Source: a virus
Virus record (IMG/VR): IMGVR_UViG_3300027747_004524
Span: 1 to 64,000 of that record
Strand: one strand, 5' to 3'
DNA length: 64,000 nt
Shown here: in pieces, positions 37,062-47,172 of the stretch
How the letters are laid out: every line of letters begins with the position of its first letter
Position numbering within the stretch: position 1 is the stretch's first letter
Made by a program: the position numbers and the translations under genes
The notes under the pieces: generated by a model
Told to the model about the DNA's origin: nothing
Database searches by the model: none
The model's input: only the letters and a program-made list of their open reading frames with translations

Positions 37062-37090
37062 TTGACACTGAATTTCTAGTTGATTACAAT
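37062..37090 (+). promoter_or_regulatory. sigma70 promoter
   Basis: TTGACA-17 nt-TACAAT, 6 nt before ATG 37097 (possibly leaderless). Confidence 0.75.
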
Positions 37091-37096
37091 AGCTCC

Positions 37097-37510
37097 ATGC
37101 AAAATAGGGTATTTGATTTTATCATTTTAGGTCTTTGGATACTTATCGCTGTTGTTCTCTACGTTCAAGTTGACCTTGCTAAAAATGGCGCCCCCATAAT
37201 AGCCAAAAGCTTAAGCCTTAGTGAAGAAGAAATAGATATAAGAAAAATTTCTATTTTAGGCGATAATCTTTTTGATTTAGTTTTAGAGGATCAATCTAGC
37301 TCCATGTCTATTGTTGGAAAGATAGATTGTGATGCAATTAACTGCACAGATTCTGAGCTTAGAGACTTATTTAGAAAAGCAACTAAACCTAAAGCTGTTT
37401 TAATTCAAAAACAGAGCAATGATGTTTGGCTTTTAAAAATAAATTTTACCTTAGGTAATAAAAGAACTAGCTTAGGAAGTTGGCTGAACTCTCGCAGGGT
37501 AGACAAATGA
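37097..37510 (+). CDS. membrane-anchored hypothetical protein
   Basis: N-terminal TM helix. Confidence 0.65.
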   Translation: MQNRVFDFIILGLWILIAVVLYVQVDLAKNGAPIIAKSLSLSEEEIDIRKISILGDNLFDLVLEDQSSSMSIVGKIDCDAINCTDSELRDLFRKATKPKAVLIQKQSNDVWLLKINFTLGNKRTSLGSWLNSRRVDK

Positions 37511-38637
37511 AGAAGGAAGAAGAATCTGGAATCTCTATAAAAGAAAGACCTAAAAAGAAGATAAGAGAAACAACTGTTTCTAGGTGTCATAAATTCTTGT
37601 CTGATAAGATTAGCAAAGTTGTGTGTGAAAGAGGCCATGTCAAGGTTGCCGTTTTTACGCACCCCTCACCAGACCCAGATGCTGTTGGTGGTCTTATGGG
37701 TTTTGCTTGGATGCTTAAAAAATCTTATGAGAATTTAGAAGTAGATTGCTTTTACGATGGAATAATATCTCATCCACAAAACCAAAGAATGGTGAATCTG
37801 CTAGACCCAGATTTGAAGTTGTACACTGAGTGCGATCCGTCTTCTTATGACATTAAAGTTTCTATTGATGTAATTCCATCTCATGCTGCATGTCCTCCTA
37901 ATATTTCCTTTGATTTGGTTATAGACCACCATAAAGAAGCACCTAGCAATTCTTTTAAAGGACTTTATTTAAATCTTAAGGCAGGGAGTGCTTGCTCTAC
38001 GGTTTATCAGCTTATCAAACAACATGGCTTATCTTTTGAAGAGGACAATGATAACGACTCAAAGGTTGCCACTGCTTTGCTTGTTGGAATTATAATAGAT
38101 ACAGATTATCAAACTTCTGATGACACCTCTGAAATAGATCACAAAGCTTATAGCGAACTTTTCAACTTTCGCAATCCGGTTGCACTTAAACAGATAACAA
38201 AATTTAAACACCCTAGAGATTGGGTTCAAGCCAGAGCAAATGTTGCACAAAAAGCTCATGATAGAATAAAAGATGGAGTCTTGATTCATGGTATAGGTTT
38301 TATAACAAGTAGTAACCGAGATTTGATTGCAATTGTAGCGGATGAGATGCTTTCTTGGGAAAACGTAGAGACATCTGTCGCATTTGCTATAGTTGATGGT
38401 GTTCGGGTTGAAGGGTGTGTTAGAAGCACCAACGCTGCTTTGGCTGTCCCGTCCCTTTGCAAAGAGCTAGGCGGTAGTTACGGCGGAGGAGGGGGAAAAC
38501 TAGGAAAAGGTGCATATTATTTTAATCTTGGAAGCTTGTCATTAGACAACGATAGCGAGGATTCTTCCCGCGATAAGCTTTGGGAATGCTTAAATGATAG
38601 AGAGCTAAAAAGAGTATTCAAAATAATAAAGAAATAA
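37507..38637 (+). CDS. DHH/DHHA1 phosphoesterase (NrnA-like)
   Basis: THPSPDPDAVGG, IDHH, DTD, GGG..GKG. Confidence 0.9.
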   Translation: MKKEEESGISIKERPKKKIRETTVSRCHKFLSDKISKVVCERGHVKVAVFTHPSPDPDAVGGLMGFAWMLKKSYENLEVDCFYDGIISHPQNQRMVNLLDPDLKLYTECDPSSYDIKVSIDVIPSHAACPPNISFDLVIDHHKEAPSNSFKGLYLNLKAGSACSTVYQLIKQHGLSFEEDNDNDSKVATALLVGIIIDTDYQTSDDTSEIDHKAYSELFNFRNPVALKQITKFKHPRDWVQARANVAQKAHDRIKDGVLIHGIGFITSSNRDLIAIVADEMLSWENVETSVAFAIVDGVRVEGCVRSTNAALAVPSLCKELGGSYGGGGGKLGKGAYYFNLGSLSLDNDSEDSSRDKLWECLNDRELKRVFKIIKK

Positions 38638-38657
38638 TATGTTTACTCTTATAATTA

Positions 38658-38846
38658 GTGGCTAACTTTATTTTAAGATGCAACTTTTGCTCCTGGCTTA
38701 GGCTATCTAAAGGTCGTTCTGACGAATTGGATGACCTTAAAGAGGTAGTGTCTTCTTGCTCCAAATGCGGCAAGCCTAGACAGTTCCTTTGTCCCAGATG
38801 TGGCAACAAGGTCAAGATGTTCAGGGCAAAGAATGAAACTAATTAA
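38658..38846 (+). CDS. triple-CxxC zinc-ribbon protein
   Basis: CNFC, CSKC, CPRC. Confidence 0.65.
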   Translation: MANFILRCNFCSWLRLSKGRSDELDDLKEVVSSCSKCGKPRQFLCPRCGNKVKMFRAKNETN

Positions 38847-39990
38847 ACGGACCCTAAGAAATCTGGGGTGTGGCTCTCCTAGAGAAGAAGAAAAGGTCCT
38901 TAGCGATATAAAATTCGATAAATTCAAATTCACCAGCAGACAACCTCCTTCTGACAAGAAGGATATTCTGTTTATAAGCTGTTTTGGTGAGTTTGGCTGT
39001 GAGTCTATGGCTTTGATGTATTGCATACCTAGAATCGTTCAAGACACCAATTATTATACCATTTGTGTCGGTTGGCATGGCAGGGAGTATCTTTATAGAC
39101 ACTTGGTCGATGAATTTTGGGGCGTTAAAAAAGAGTATCAATGGATGAGGGAGTATTCAAATGGACTTAAAAACAGCTCAAAGAACATTGTTAATTTAGA
39201 GAAGAGCCTTTCAAAGTACGGCAGGCTGTGTAACCATTATCACTTCTCGGCCATATGCTTCCAGAATAAATGCAAGTCTTGTGGTAATGTTTGGTATAAA
39301 TCTAAACTTCCTTGTACTAAGTGCGGATCTAGCGACACAGAATGGGGAATACTTAATGATGTAAAGAGCAATAAGTCAAAAGCTATCAAGATCCCTTCGC
39401 CTAGTAAAGATTGTTTGGACCATGTAGCAAAGTACTTAAAAACAAATTCAGTCGGTATTTTCGCAAGAGGAAGAGCCTGTTGGGGCAGAAACTTAAGTAA
39501 AGACTTTTATGTTGAACTTATAAACTTTCTTAGATCAAAAGGGTATGATCCAATCTGGCTAGGAGAGAAACAGAGCATTCTTCCATGTCCTGTTTCTGAT
39601 GTAACAGACTTTAGCGTTACTGAAGATGCTTCAAAATTGGAACTTACATTAGCATTAATATCAAAATTGAAGTTCACCGTGCAGTTTTGGACTGCTTCTA
39701 CAAGACTAGCATCCATGGTTGACACTCCTTGGATATTGTTTGAGTCTCCTGACCAAATAGTAGGTAATGGTCAAGAGGGCTTAAGAATTGCCCTTACATC
39801 TGACTTTAACAAAAGGAAGCTAATTCTAGCACAATATAAGAACATTGCTGAGAATGAATCTATAGCTTTTAAGTACCTAGATCAGGCTATAAGCGATCTA
39901 GAGTCGAATAATTGGGACGATATCATAGGCCCTGTGGAGAATCCTGGTGTGATAAAAAACATGCTCCAGAAACAGGAGTCTTGGAGGTAA
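38833..39990 (+). CDS. GT9 (heptosyltransferase)-like glycosyltransferase with zinc ribbon insert
   Basis: GEFG, W..LI..L...G..P.WLGE, LELTLALISK, TASTRLASMVDTPW. Confidence 0.6.
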   Translation: MKLIKRTLRNLGCGSPREEEKVLSDIKFDKFKFTSRQPPSDKKDILFISCFGEFGCESMALMYCIPRIVQDTNYYTICVGWHGREYLYRHLVDEFWGVKKEYQWMREYSNGLKNSSKNIVNLEKSLSKYGRLCNHYHFSAICFQNKCKSCGNVWYKSKLPCTKCGSSDTEWGILNDVKSNKSKAIKIPSPSKDCLDHVAKYLKTNSVGIFARGRACWGRNLSKDFYVELINFLRSKGYDPIWLGEKQSILPCPVSDVTDFSVTEDASKLELTLALISKLKFTVQFWTASTRLASMVDTPWILFESPDQIVGNGQEGLRIALTSDFNKRKLILAQYKNIAENESIAFKYLDQAISDLESNNWDDIIGPVENPGVIKNMLQKQESWR

Positions 39991-39991
39991 A

Positions 39992-41128
39992 ATGAATTCA
40001 GTTGCTGACTTTTTAAAAAGAGCTGCCGATAGAAACGGCTTTAACAGAGAAAGGTTTGAGGAAAGAAGGATACCCACCGACTTTTCTGGAATTAGCATCC
40101 TTCCTTTTTTTGGGGATATAAGAAGTTCTTTTGTTCTTTCTTCCTTTTTGCTTTCGAGCTATAGGAAGCAGTTTAAGTCTTCTAAGTACTTTGTATTAGC
40201 ATCTTGGCCCGGAATGCAGAGTTTATTTCCCTACGTTGATGAGTATTGGTCTATCAACGACTTCTCACAGGTTAAAAGGTTCTATGAGGGGGCGGACGGT
40301 TTTTCTAACGATACTGATTTAAATACTATCTTTTCAAGAAACCTAAATGAATTTTTTCGAGATGTCATAAACCCCAAGTCTTTCTCAGAATTCTATATCA
40401 ATGGATTTAGAGATAACTTTTTTGATAAGTTCAAATCTGTTGAAAGGTTTTTGCCGTTTGTCGCTTCATCTGCTGTTCTTGGAAGAGAGTTTCTGAAGGA
40501 TCTTTCAACCTATCCTGGCTATAAGGTTTTTATACACCCATCATTTACTTTTAATAGATGGAATAATGGCAAGGCACAAATTACACCTTTGAGTAAAGAC
40601 TTTTGGCAGGAGCTTATTTCTTATTTGGTTTCAAACAACTGCACACCCGTGGTGTGGCAAAATTATCTTTCATATAACTTACAAGAAGAAACAAACAATA
40701 AATGCATATTTTTTAGAGAAAACGATATTTCTAGGGTTTTACCTGCAATGAGAGCTACCGGTCTTTGCCTAGATTTCTTTGGCTATTTGTCCTATTTTTC
40801 CCTTATGGCTAGATGTCCTTGTATCTCTTTTGACGAACGTCCGAGGTACTTTTTACAAAAGGACTATGAATTAGAGGACTTGTTTCCTTGTGTTAAAAAT
40901 AATCATATTTTTACGTTTTCTACTATATTAATTAACGGAAGTCCTTTTAACTGGAGAAATGATCTCTTTAAGATTGTTTCCTCTAAGATCGAAAAGTTGC
41001 TTCCAGAGGTTGATAGGGATTCGCTTCCTTCAACCGGCGAGTCTTTTGAAATCGTGTCTTACGACAAAGTTAGAGAGTTAAAACTTAGGAAGTTAGGCAC
41101 TAAATTGTTAAGAGTACCAAAAGAATGA
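39992..41128 (+). CDS. second, more divergent GT9-like protein (apparent paralogue of upstream gene)
   Basis: shared pattern FGD..VDEYW..DFWQELISYL..TP..L..MARCP. Confidence 0.5.
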   Translation: MNSVADFLKRAADRNGFNRERFEERRIPTDFSGISILPFFGDIRSSFVLSSFLLSSYRKQFKSSKYFVLASWPGMQSLFPYVDEYWSINDFSQVKRFYEGADGFSNDTDLNTIFSRNLNEFFRDVINPKSFSEFYINGFRDNFFDKFKSVERFLPFVASSAVLGREFLKDLSTYPGYKVFIHPSFTFNRWNNGKAQITPLSKDFWQELISYLVSNNCTPVVWQNYLSYNLQEETNNKCIFFRENDISRVLPAMRATGLCLDFFGYLSYFSLMARCPCISFDERPRYFLQKDYELEDLFPCVKNNHIFTFSTILINGSPFNWRNDLFKIVSSKIEKLLPEVDRDSLPSTGESFEIVSYDKVRELKLRKLGTKLLRVPKE

Positions 41129-41137
41129 GGAAAATAA

Positions 41138-41383
41138 ATGGTTAAAGTTTACCAGAAAGATCTCCCAGCAAATGCTAGTTCTCAAGATAGAGAGTACGCG
41201 TTCAAAAGGATGTTTTCTATATTTAAAAAGGCTGTTGTAGACGCTGGGATTCTTCAAGAATATAAGAAGAGAGAGTTCTATGAGAGTCCAGGTGAAAAAA
41301 GAAGAAGAAAAAAGAAGGAACAGCAAAATCAAATACTAAAGTCTAAGTTAAGAGAAAACTTTCCAGAAAGATACGGTGAATAA
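41138..41383 (+). CDS. rpsU: ribosomal protein bS21
   Basis: FKKAVVDAGILQEYKKREFYESPGEKRRRKK. Confidence 0.9.
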   Translation: MVKVYQKDLPANASSQDREYAFKRMFSIFKKAVVDAGILQEYKKREFYESPGEKRRRKKKEQQNQILKSKLRENFPERYGE

Positions 41384-41649
41384 TGAGTTCTAATAAGATT
41401 TTAAGTTTATCAATAGACACTGATTTTCAAGAGAGGGTCAAGAAAGAGGCCAAGAGGAAGGATGTTTCTGTTTCTAAGCTTATTCGTGACATTGTAGAAA
41501 AGAGTCTGCCTCCTGAATCAAACGATGGCACTGTTTACGATACGATAATTCTCAAAGTTCCCAGTGAGGCTAAGGCCGACTCTGAAACCCTGAATAATTG
41601 GCTTAAGCCAAGGGTCGAATTAATCGTAAAGAATTTAACTTCAAAATAG
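41383..41649 (+). CDS. ribbon-helix-helix (CopG-like) DNA-binding protein
   Basis: ILSLSIDT..ERVKKEAKRKDVSVSKLIRDIV. Confidence 0.7.
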   Translation: MSSNKILSLSIDTDFQERVKKEAKRKDVSVSKLIRDIVEKSLPPESNDGTVYDTIILKVPSEAKADSETLNNWLKPRVELIVKNLTSK

Positions 41650-41654
41650 AGCTA

Positions 41655-41682
41655 TTGATTTTTCAAATTTTTTTTGTAAAAT
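41655..41682 (+). promoter_or_regulatory. sigma70-type promoter upstream of def
   Basis: TTGATT-16 nt-TAAAAT. Confidence 0.5.
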
Positions 41683-41688
41683 GCAAGG

Positions 41689-42162
41689 ATGCAATACAGG
41701 CTAGTTGAACTCAAAGATATACCCCCCTCTACAAAAAATCCTTTGGAGAGCATGGGGCCAATAGAAATTTTTAAAATCTGTAACCAAATGGAAAAGGTCT
41801 GCAGAGACAATAATGGTATAGGTCTATCAGCGGTTCAGGTTGGGCTTCCCTTGGACCTTTTTGTTTTGAATAGAAATGAATCTTACGAGTACTATTTGAA
41901 CTGTAGATACGAACCAGCAGGAGATAAGGTTCATTCTATTGAGGGCTGTCTTTCTTTGCTAGATGAATCTGGTTCCATAAGAAGGTTTGAGGTTCAAAGA
42001 CACTCTAGCGTTATTGTAAAAGGCCAGCGTTTGAATGGAGTTGATGTCGAGGACTTTAATTCAACTGAAGTTGGACTCTATTCTATAGTTTTCCAGCACG
42101 AAATAGACCATTCTTTTGGTATCTTCATCAAGGACATAGGTAAAGAAATTTATCTCTCTTAA
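41689..42162 (+). CDS. def: peptide deformylase
   Basis: GIGLSAVQVG, EGCLS, QHEIDH. Confidence 0.95.
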   Translation: MQYRLVELKDIPPSTKNPLESMGPIEIFKICNQMEKVCRDNNGIGLSAVQVGLPLDLFVLNRNESYEYYLNCRYEPAGDKVHSIEGCLSLLDESGSIRRFEVQRHSSVIVKGQRLNGVDVEDFNSTEVGLYSIVFQHEIDHSFGIFIKDIGKEIYLS

Positions 42163-42163
42163 T

Positions 42164-42439
42164 ATGCTTAGTAAAAACCATCTCAAAGATGTTTGTTTGG
42201 TAGATAGCAACAACCACAATAAGTGCAGGTACTTAGCAGAAGACGAGAATGAAGCAGGAAAGTACCACTGTTTAAAAAAGTCGTCCAAGGCCAAGGATAT
42301 AGACATTGAGGTTCAAGACTTCTTAGCAGAAATGCAAATGAAAGGAAAAGACCCCAAAAGACAGAATGTTCCAATAGGGAACAATTGTTCTGGGTATGTT
42401 ATTCTTCGCAATAAAGAGCAGGGTTACGATAAAAACTAG
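42164..42439 (+). CDS. Cys-containing hypothetical protein
   Basis: 91 aa. Confidence 0.65.
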   Translation: MLSKNHLKDVCLVDSNNHNKCRYLAEDENEAGKYHCLKKSSKAKDIDIEVQDFLAEMQMKGKDPKRQNVPIGNNCSGYVILRNKEQGYDKN

Positions 42440-42936
42440 TCAATAACAGCCTGGTTCAAAATTTTGAATACTTGCTTTCCTTGTCCTGCTTTTATAGCAC
42501 TTTTTATTATGTCGTCATTTAATTCTACTAGGTTGTGTTTTGCAACCTCTTTAGCAATTATAGAAAGATTCTTCTCGCTTTTTATTGCTCTTACTCTGTA
42601 CCAAAGCGTTGCACCTACGATAAACATAGAAAATACAAGTATTAGTGATCCATCCCCTTGCAAAATTTGTATACCGCTATTCTCATTTCTAGATAATGTA
42701 CCGTTAATATTAAGCAATCCACTCTGTACTTCTTTTAATTGGCTGTTAATTAAGTCAAAGTCTTGTTTTAGTTTCCCTACTTCTGCCATCAGCCCGTTTT
42801 GGTTTGATTTAATCTCTTCTATTTTACCATTACTATTGTTTATTTTTTGTTGGTTTCTTGGGCTAAAGGGACTTACAGAACACCCAGAAAAAACCATTAT
42901 CGATAAAACCAAGCATAGAGCTTTTATTGCTTTCAT
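42436..42936 (-). CDS. lipoprotein with coiled coil and C-terminal TM segment
   Basis: lipobox VFSGC after hydrophobic signal; GGAGG SD before ATG 42936. Confidence 0.65.
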   Translation of the reverse strand: MKAIKALCLVLSIMVFSGCSVSPFSPRNQQKINNSNGKIEEIKSNQNGLMAEVGKLKQDFDLINSQLKEVQSGLLNINGTLSRNENSGIQILQGDGSLILVFSMFIVGATLWYRVRAIKSEKNLSIIAKEVAKHNLVELNDDIIKSAIKAGQGKQVFKILNQAVID

Positions 42937-43002
42937 ATTTCCTCCTTTGTTATCTATTGGATTTTTTGTCAAATCTTTTGCCTCTATTGGAGAAAATAGA
43001 CA

Positions 43003-43443
43003 ATGGCTAGTATAGACTTTTGTGATTGTGGGCTAGAAGAAGACTCCTTAGAAACCGCAGATTATAACCCAGATTTAGAGCGGCAGTTACTGTTATTTGC
43101 CACTAGTTTTGTTGGGGAGTTAAAATATATTGCTAAAAAGTATATGGTTGATTTCTTTGCTCAACAGAGCTTTCACCAAGGTGGAAAGATACCTTATGCA
43201 TTATTAAATGATAACTCTAATCTTTCTATGGTAATAAACTATGATATTATCAGAGGGGTTGATCTTGCCTACCATTCTTTAAAAACGCATGATGTTTCAC
43301 AAGATTACACAGATTCCCAAGAAGACATAAGGCTGGTTGTGGATATATTGAACAAACTTTCGGCAGCAAACATACCACAGCAGTTTGCTGGGGGTATGAT
43401 TATTTTGTATCTTAAGTTTGTTGAGGGGGTTCATATTGGTTAG
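43003..43443 (+). CDS. hypothetical protein
   Basis: 146 aa, GGAG SD. Confidence 0.65.
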   Translation: MASIDFCDCGLEEDSLETADYNPDLERQLLLFATSFVGELKYIAKKYMVDFFAQQSFHQGGKIPYALLNDNSNLSMVINYDIIRGVDLAYHSLKTHDVSQDYTDSQEDIRLVVDILNKLSAANIPQQFAGGMIILYLKFVEGVHIG

Positions 43444-43759
43444 CAAAAGAGATCTACTATTCTTAGCAGGTAATTTTGATGAAATTGATCTGCCTAAAGA
43501 AAAAAACTATCTTTTCAAATACTTTAGAAAAGAAATCCAACAGAAATTTATTAGATATTTCTTTGCGTTTAATAGTTTTGACAACTTTGTGGACCATACC
43601 GGCTTTTATTGTCAAACTAGATGGCTTAAAATACTCCACAATAAATTAATCAGCCTAGAGTCATTACATAGGGAAGCGAAATCTAATGTAGACCTAGAAA
43701 CTCTATTGAAGATAGAATCTGGAAAATATAAGATTAGGAGGAACGGTGGAAAACAATAA
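43418..43759 (+). CDS. hypothetical protein (start uncertain)
   Basis: 113-aa ORF. Confidence 0.6.
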   Translation: MLRGFILVSKRDLLFLAGNFDEIDLPKEKNYLFKYFRKEIQQKFIRYFFAFNSFDNFVDHTGFYCQTRWLKILHNKLISLESLHREAKSNVDLETLLKIESGKYKIRRNGGKQ

Positions 43760-44090
43760 ACCTTGGTTTGAAGGAAAAGCCACGCTGGGCATAAACACAC
43801 AGATAGACAGATGGCTTATCGCTGTAGACAAACTATCTAAGTCTATAGAAGAGCTCAAATCGGCAAAAGAGAAGTTTAAGCAAAAGATTTCCAAGTTAAA
43901 AACCCCCACAGGCAAGAGTAAGATAGATACCAAGGAAAAGCAGACGGAACCTTCAAAAGAATTAGAAAAAACAAAGTCCTCTCGAACAGACAAGAAAAAG
44001 CAAGACGTAAAAAAGAAAGACGAAAAGAAGCTTGAGAAACCTTCCGTAAAAGGTAAAAAGCAAAAAGAAGCCAAAGAAGATACTAAGTAA
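43746..44090 (+). CDS. Lys-rich hypothetical protein
   Basis: AGGAG SD, GTG start; very basic C-terminus. Confidence 0.65.
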   Translation: MENNKPWFEGKATLGINTQIDRWLIAVDKLSKSIEELKSAKEKFKQKISKLKTPTGKSKIDTKEKQTEPSKELEKTKSSRTDKKKQDVKKKDEKKLEKPSVKGKKQKEAKEDTK

Positions 44091-44506
44091 TGAATGCTGC
44101 CGACAATAAGATTGTTAGTCCAATAAAAAACGATCTGGTTTTTTCTGTCCTAGATAGTTGTGGGACACGTATATTTCTCGCTGCTTATAGTGAAGTTAAA
44201 GAGTTAAATGAAACTAGGTTCTTAAGTTGTAAAAATCTTTTGCCCCTTAGTAACTTGGTTTATGATTCTAAGTCTGATAATTATGTTGTTAGCTGTATTG
44301 GTTGTCTAGAAGTTGCAACCATACCAATAAGCATCATTGCCACAATGAAAAACTGTCCCGGTTGGAGTGTTAAGATTCCTTTGCCTGAGAAAATAATTAA
44401 AAGACATTTAAGCTTAAAACATAAGAGGGAAATAAAAAGCTTCCTCTCTAAATTTGATGTAAAAGTCTCTTCTTTTTACATTCAAATGTTGGACCCTAAT
44501 GTATGA
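44090..44506 (+). CDS. hypothetical protein
   Basis: coupled ORF. Confidence 0.6.
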   Translation: MNAADNKIVSPIKNDLVFSVLDSCGTRIFLAAYSEVKELNETRFLSCKNLLPLSNLVYDSKSDNYVVSCIGCLEVATIPISIIATMKNCPGWSVKIPLPEKIIKRHLSLKHKREIKSFLSKFDVKVSSFYIQMLDPNV

Positions 44507-44916
44507 ATCTGAATGAACCCGATTTCTTCTTAGGCCTTTGCTTTCTTTTTTCTTCTCTCTCAAAAGATAAAAGACCGCAAGCTTGCTTGGTTGTCAAAAA
44601 GAAGAGAATCATATCCTCAGGATTCAGCAGCGTAGATCTCTTGGGTCCGTTAGAAGGCAGTGCAGAATTTCTTGCTACGTGCAGTATTAGCGACTCACTT
44701 TCCAACTACGAGATTTATTTAGACCACACACCTTCAGTTGTAGTCCTTAATCATCTATCTCATTTTCTGCCTCGAAGAATTGTTTACTTTGAAACAAACC
44801 CTCTTTGTACCGAAGAGGCAAGCTTTACAAAATTTGAGTTCATAAGATTTCAAGGCAACATAAATTGGATTAGAGACAAGGTGGCTTTGATGAAGAGTTT
44901 TGATATTTTTAACTAA
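44503..44916 (+). CDS. degenerate dCMP/cytidine deaminase-fold protein (zinc ligands absent)
   Basis: ACLVV..RIISSGF..SAE..IYLDHTPSVVV..L..RIVY; HAE is SAE and PCxxC is PSVVV. Confidence 0.55.
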   Translation: MNLNEPDFFLGLCFLFSSLSKDKRPQACLVVKKKRIISSGFSSVDLLGPLEGSAEFLATCSISDSLSNYEIYLDHTPSVVVLNHLSHFLPRRIVYFETNPLCTEEASFTKFEFIRFQGNINWIRDKVALMKSFDIFN

Positions 44917-44930
44917 TGCATAAATACATT

Positions 44931-45608
44931 ATGAGCTGTTCAAACAACAACAATAGTGCCTGTTCTGACCAATGTGGCTGTCCTTCCGGGATTTGCCCAG
45001 ACTTCTTAATCAGAAGATATGACACCAAACCCGACTACAGGGTTCTTATGGAGGACTGCAATGGGCCTATGGACCTTACGGACTTAATTTTAGAGTCTAC
45101 CATGTGGGCAAAGTCCAAACTGAAAACGAACATAACAAGCACAGATACTGCCCTCTCTTTAGCCGACAACATAGGATTTAACCAAATAATAGTTGGCGAC
45201 ATGCTAATAATAGAAAGAACAAGAGGCTCAGAAAAAGTTCTCGTTACTTCCTTTGACGAGAACAATAAATTAGTTTATGTTGATAGGGGGCAAGACGGCA
45301 CCACAGCACAGGATTGGAGCAGAGGAAATCCAATTAAAATTGTTAAGTTTATGAATAGACCTTCAAAGGTAGAAATGGTTTACGAAGACATTTTAGAAAT
45401 AGATGGAACAACAACACAGAATGTTCTACAGGAAAGTTATTTTATTCATGAGTGGTCGCTCCCTGAGACAGACGCTCCTGGCTGCTATTACCTTGAGTTT
45501 AAACTCATGACACAGGTTTCTGCTCCTGATCAGTGGATCAGGCGTTTTCCTGCTGACAAAGAAGGCTTCTTGATCAAGATAACGGATACTTTTACCAGCG
45601 AGTCTTGA
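44931..45608 (+). CDS. putative virion structural protein (baseplate/BppU-like?)
   Basis: Cys-rich start, PDF.IRRYDTKP, D.PG.YYLEF; TAAATA 4 nt before ATG 44931. Confidence 0.5.
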   Translation: MSCSNNNNSACSDQCGCPSGICPDFLIRRYDTKPDYRVLMEDCNGPMDLTDLILESTMWAKSKLKTNITSTDTALSLADNIGFNQIIVGDMLIIERTRGSEKVLVTSFDENNKLVYVDRGQDGTTAQDWSRGNPIKIVKFMNRPSKVEMVYEDILEIDGTTTQNVLQESYFIHEWSLPETDAPGCYYLEFKLMTQVSAPDQWIRRFPADKEGFLIKITDTFTSES

Positions 45609-45610
45609 AT

Positions 45611-47158
45611 ATGCCATTGGTATCTGAATTTTTATGCGAAAGATTGGGAAACGCAGGCGTTAAGCACATTTTTGGTGTACAAGGCCCTTACATAAACAAT
45701 TTTTTAGATGTAATCTCTCAAAGTGACAGAATCAAGTTCATCAGTAACACTGATGAAAGCCACGCGGGCTTTGCGGCTAACGCGTACGCTAGATTTAATG
45801 GAATAGGCTGCGTTTGTGCTACTTACAACGTTGGTGCGTTAAAGCTGTGCAATTCGGTTGCCGGTGCTTACGCCGAAAGGTCGCCTGTTGTTATCATAGG
45901 CGGTTCCCCAGGTATGAAGGACAGGAATAAAGACTTTCTATCTAATCATTTGGTTGAAAGCTTTAGTTCTCAAAAAGAGATGTTCGACCACATTACCGCA
46001 CATAGTGTCGTTTTAGATAATGCAACAACAGCTGGCTGGAAGATTGATAACGCTCTCAATATTTTAAAAGAAACAAAGCAACCTGTTTATATCGAAATTC
46101 CAAGGGATGTTGCTTCACAACCTATAAAGTATGACGTTTATACGCAAGGCACCCCTAATAACGATAAAAGCGATGGAGCCAGTTTAAAAGAAGCTATAGA
46201 AGATGTCTCTAGCTACCTAAAATCTTCTAAAAATCCCGTTATAATTATGGGAGTTCAAATCACAAGGTTTAATCTTGAGGACTCTTTAATCAAGTTTGCA
46301 GAGAAGCATAATATCCCTATAGTTACAACCTTTTTGAGTAAGTCTTCTATTTGTGAAACCCATCCATTATTTTCTGGTGTTTATTTTGGCGAACAAACCC
46401 GTAATTTAGAGGTTAAGAATCGCGTAGAGTCATCAGACTGCTTGCTGATATTTGGAGAAATGCTAACTGATACTGGCTTTGGGTTTGTTACGCCCAAGTT
46501 TGACAACAGCAATACTATTTTTTGCTCTATAGAAAACTTAAGAGTTAAAAACCACATTTATTGTGGAATTAGGTTCATTGACTTTTGCAAAGACTTTTTT
46601 AGAATTGATTTAGGAAAAAAAGAATTTGTTTCTTCGACTAAGAGCAATAGAACAAAGTTTGTTCCCATAGAAGGACAAGGGATAAGTTTAAAAAGATTTT
46701 TTGAAAAATTGAATAGTATATTAGACGAAAACTTTGTTGTGTTAGCTGATATCGGTGAGTACATGCTTGATGCCGCTGAGCTTGTTGTGCCACATCATCG
46801 TTTTATAAGCTCTGCCTTTTACTGCAGCACTGGCTTGGCTTTGCCCGGTGCAATGAGCGTCCAACTGCTTAATGCGGGCATTCGTCCCTTAGTGGTTGTT
46901 AGCGAAGACTCTTTTCAAACTTCTTCTATGGAAATTAGCACCCTTGTACAAAATAATTTAAATCCAATAATTTTGGTTATCAATCAGAAAAAAAATTCAA
47001 TTAAAAGTTGGAATTACGAAAAAATATGTGATACAATTGGAGGAGTTGGTTATCTCGTAAACGATGAGACAGAGCTTGATAATGCAATTAACGCCTGTCT
47101 TAAGAAAAAGTCCTTATCCGTTATCAATGTTGTTCTCGATGTTTCATCTCAAGTCTGA
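45611..47158 (+). CDS. TPP-dependent alpha-keto-acid (pyruvate/indolepyruvate) decarboxylase family protein
   Basis: GVKHIFGVQG, TDESHAGFAANAYAR, GAYAERSPV; C-terminal GDG motif reads SED. Confidence 0.85.
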   Translation: MPLVSEFLCERLGNAGVKHIFGVQGPYINNFLDVISQSDRIKFISNTDESHAGFAANAYARFNGIGCVCATYNVGALKLCNSVAGAYAERSPVVIIGGSPGMKDRNKDFLSNHLVESFSSQKEMFDHITAHSVVLDNATTAGWKIDNALNILKETKQPVYIEIPRDVASQPIKYDVYTQGTPNNDKSDGASLKEAIEDVSSYLKSSKNPVIIMGVQITRFNLEDSLIKFAEKHNIPIVTTFLSKSSICETHPLFSGVYFGEQTRNLEVKNRVESSDCLLIFGEMLTDTGFGFVTPKFDNSNTIFCSIENLRVKNHIYCGIRFIDFCKDFFRIDLGKKEFVSSTKSNRTKFVPIEGQGISLKRFFEKLNSILDENFVVLADIGEYMLDAAELVVPHHRFISSAFYCSTGLALPGAMSVQLLNAGIRPLVVVSEDSFQTSSMEISTLVQNNLNPIILVINQKKNSIKSWNYEKICDTIGGVGYLVNDETELDNAINACLKKKSLSVINVVLDVSSQV

Positions 47159-47172
47159 GGTATTTATTAAAA

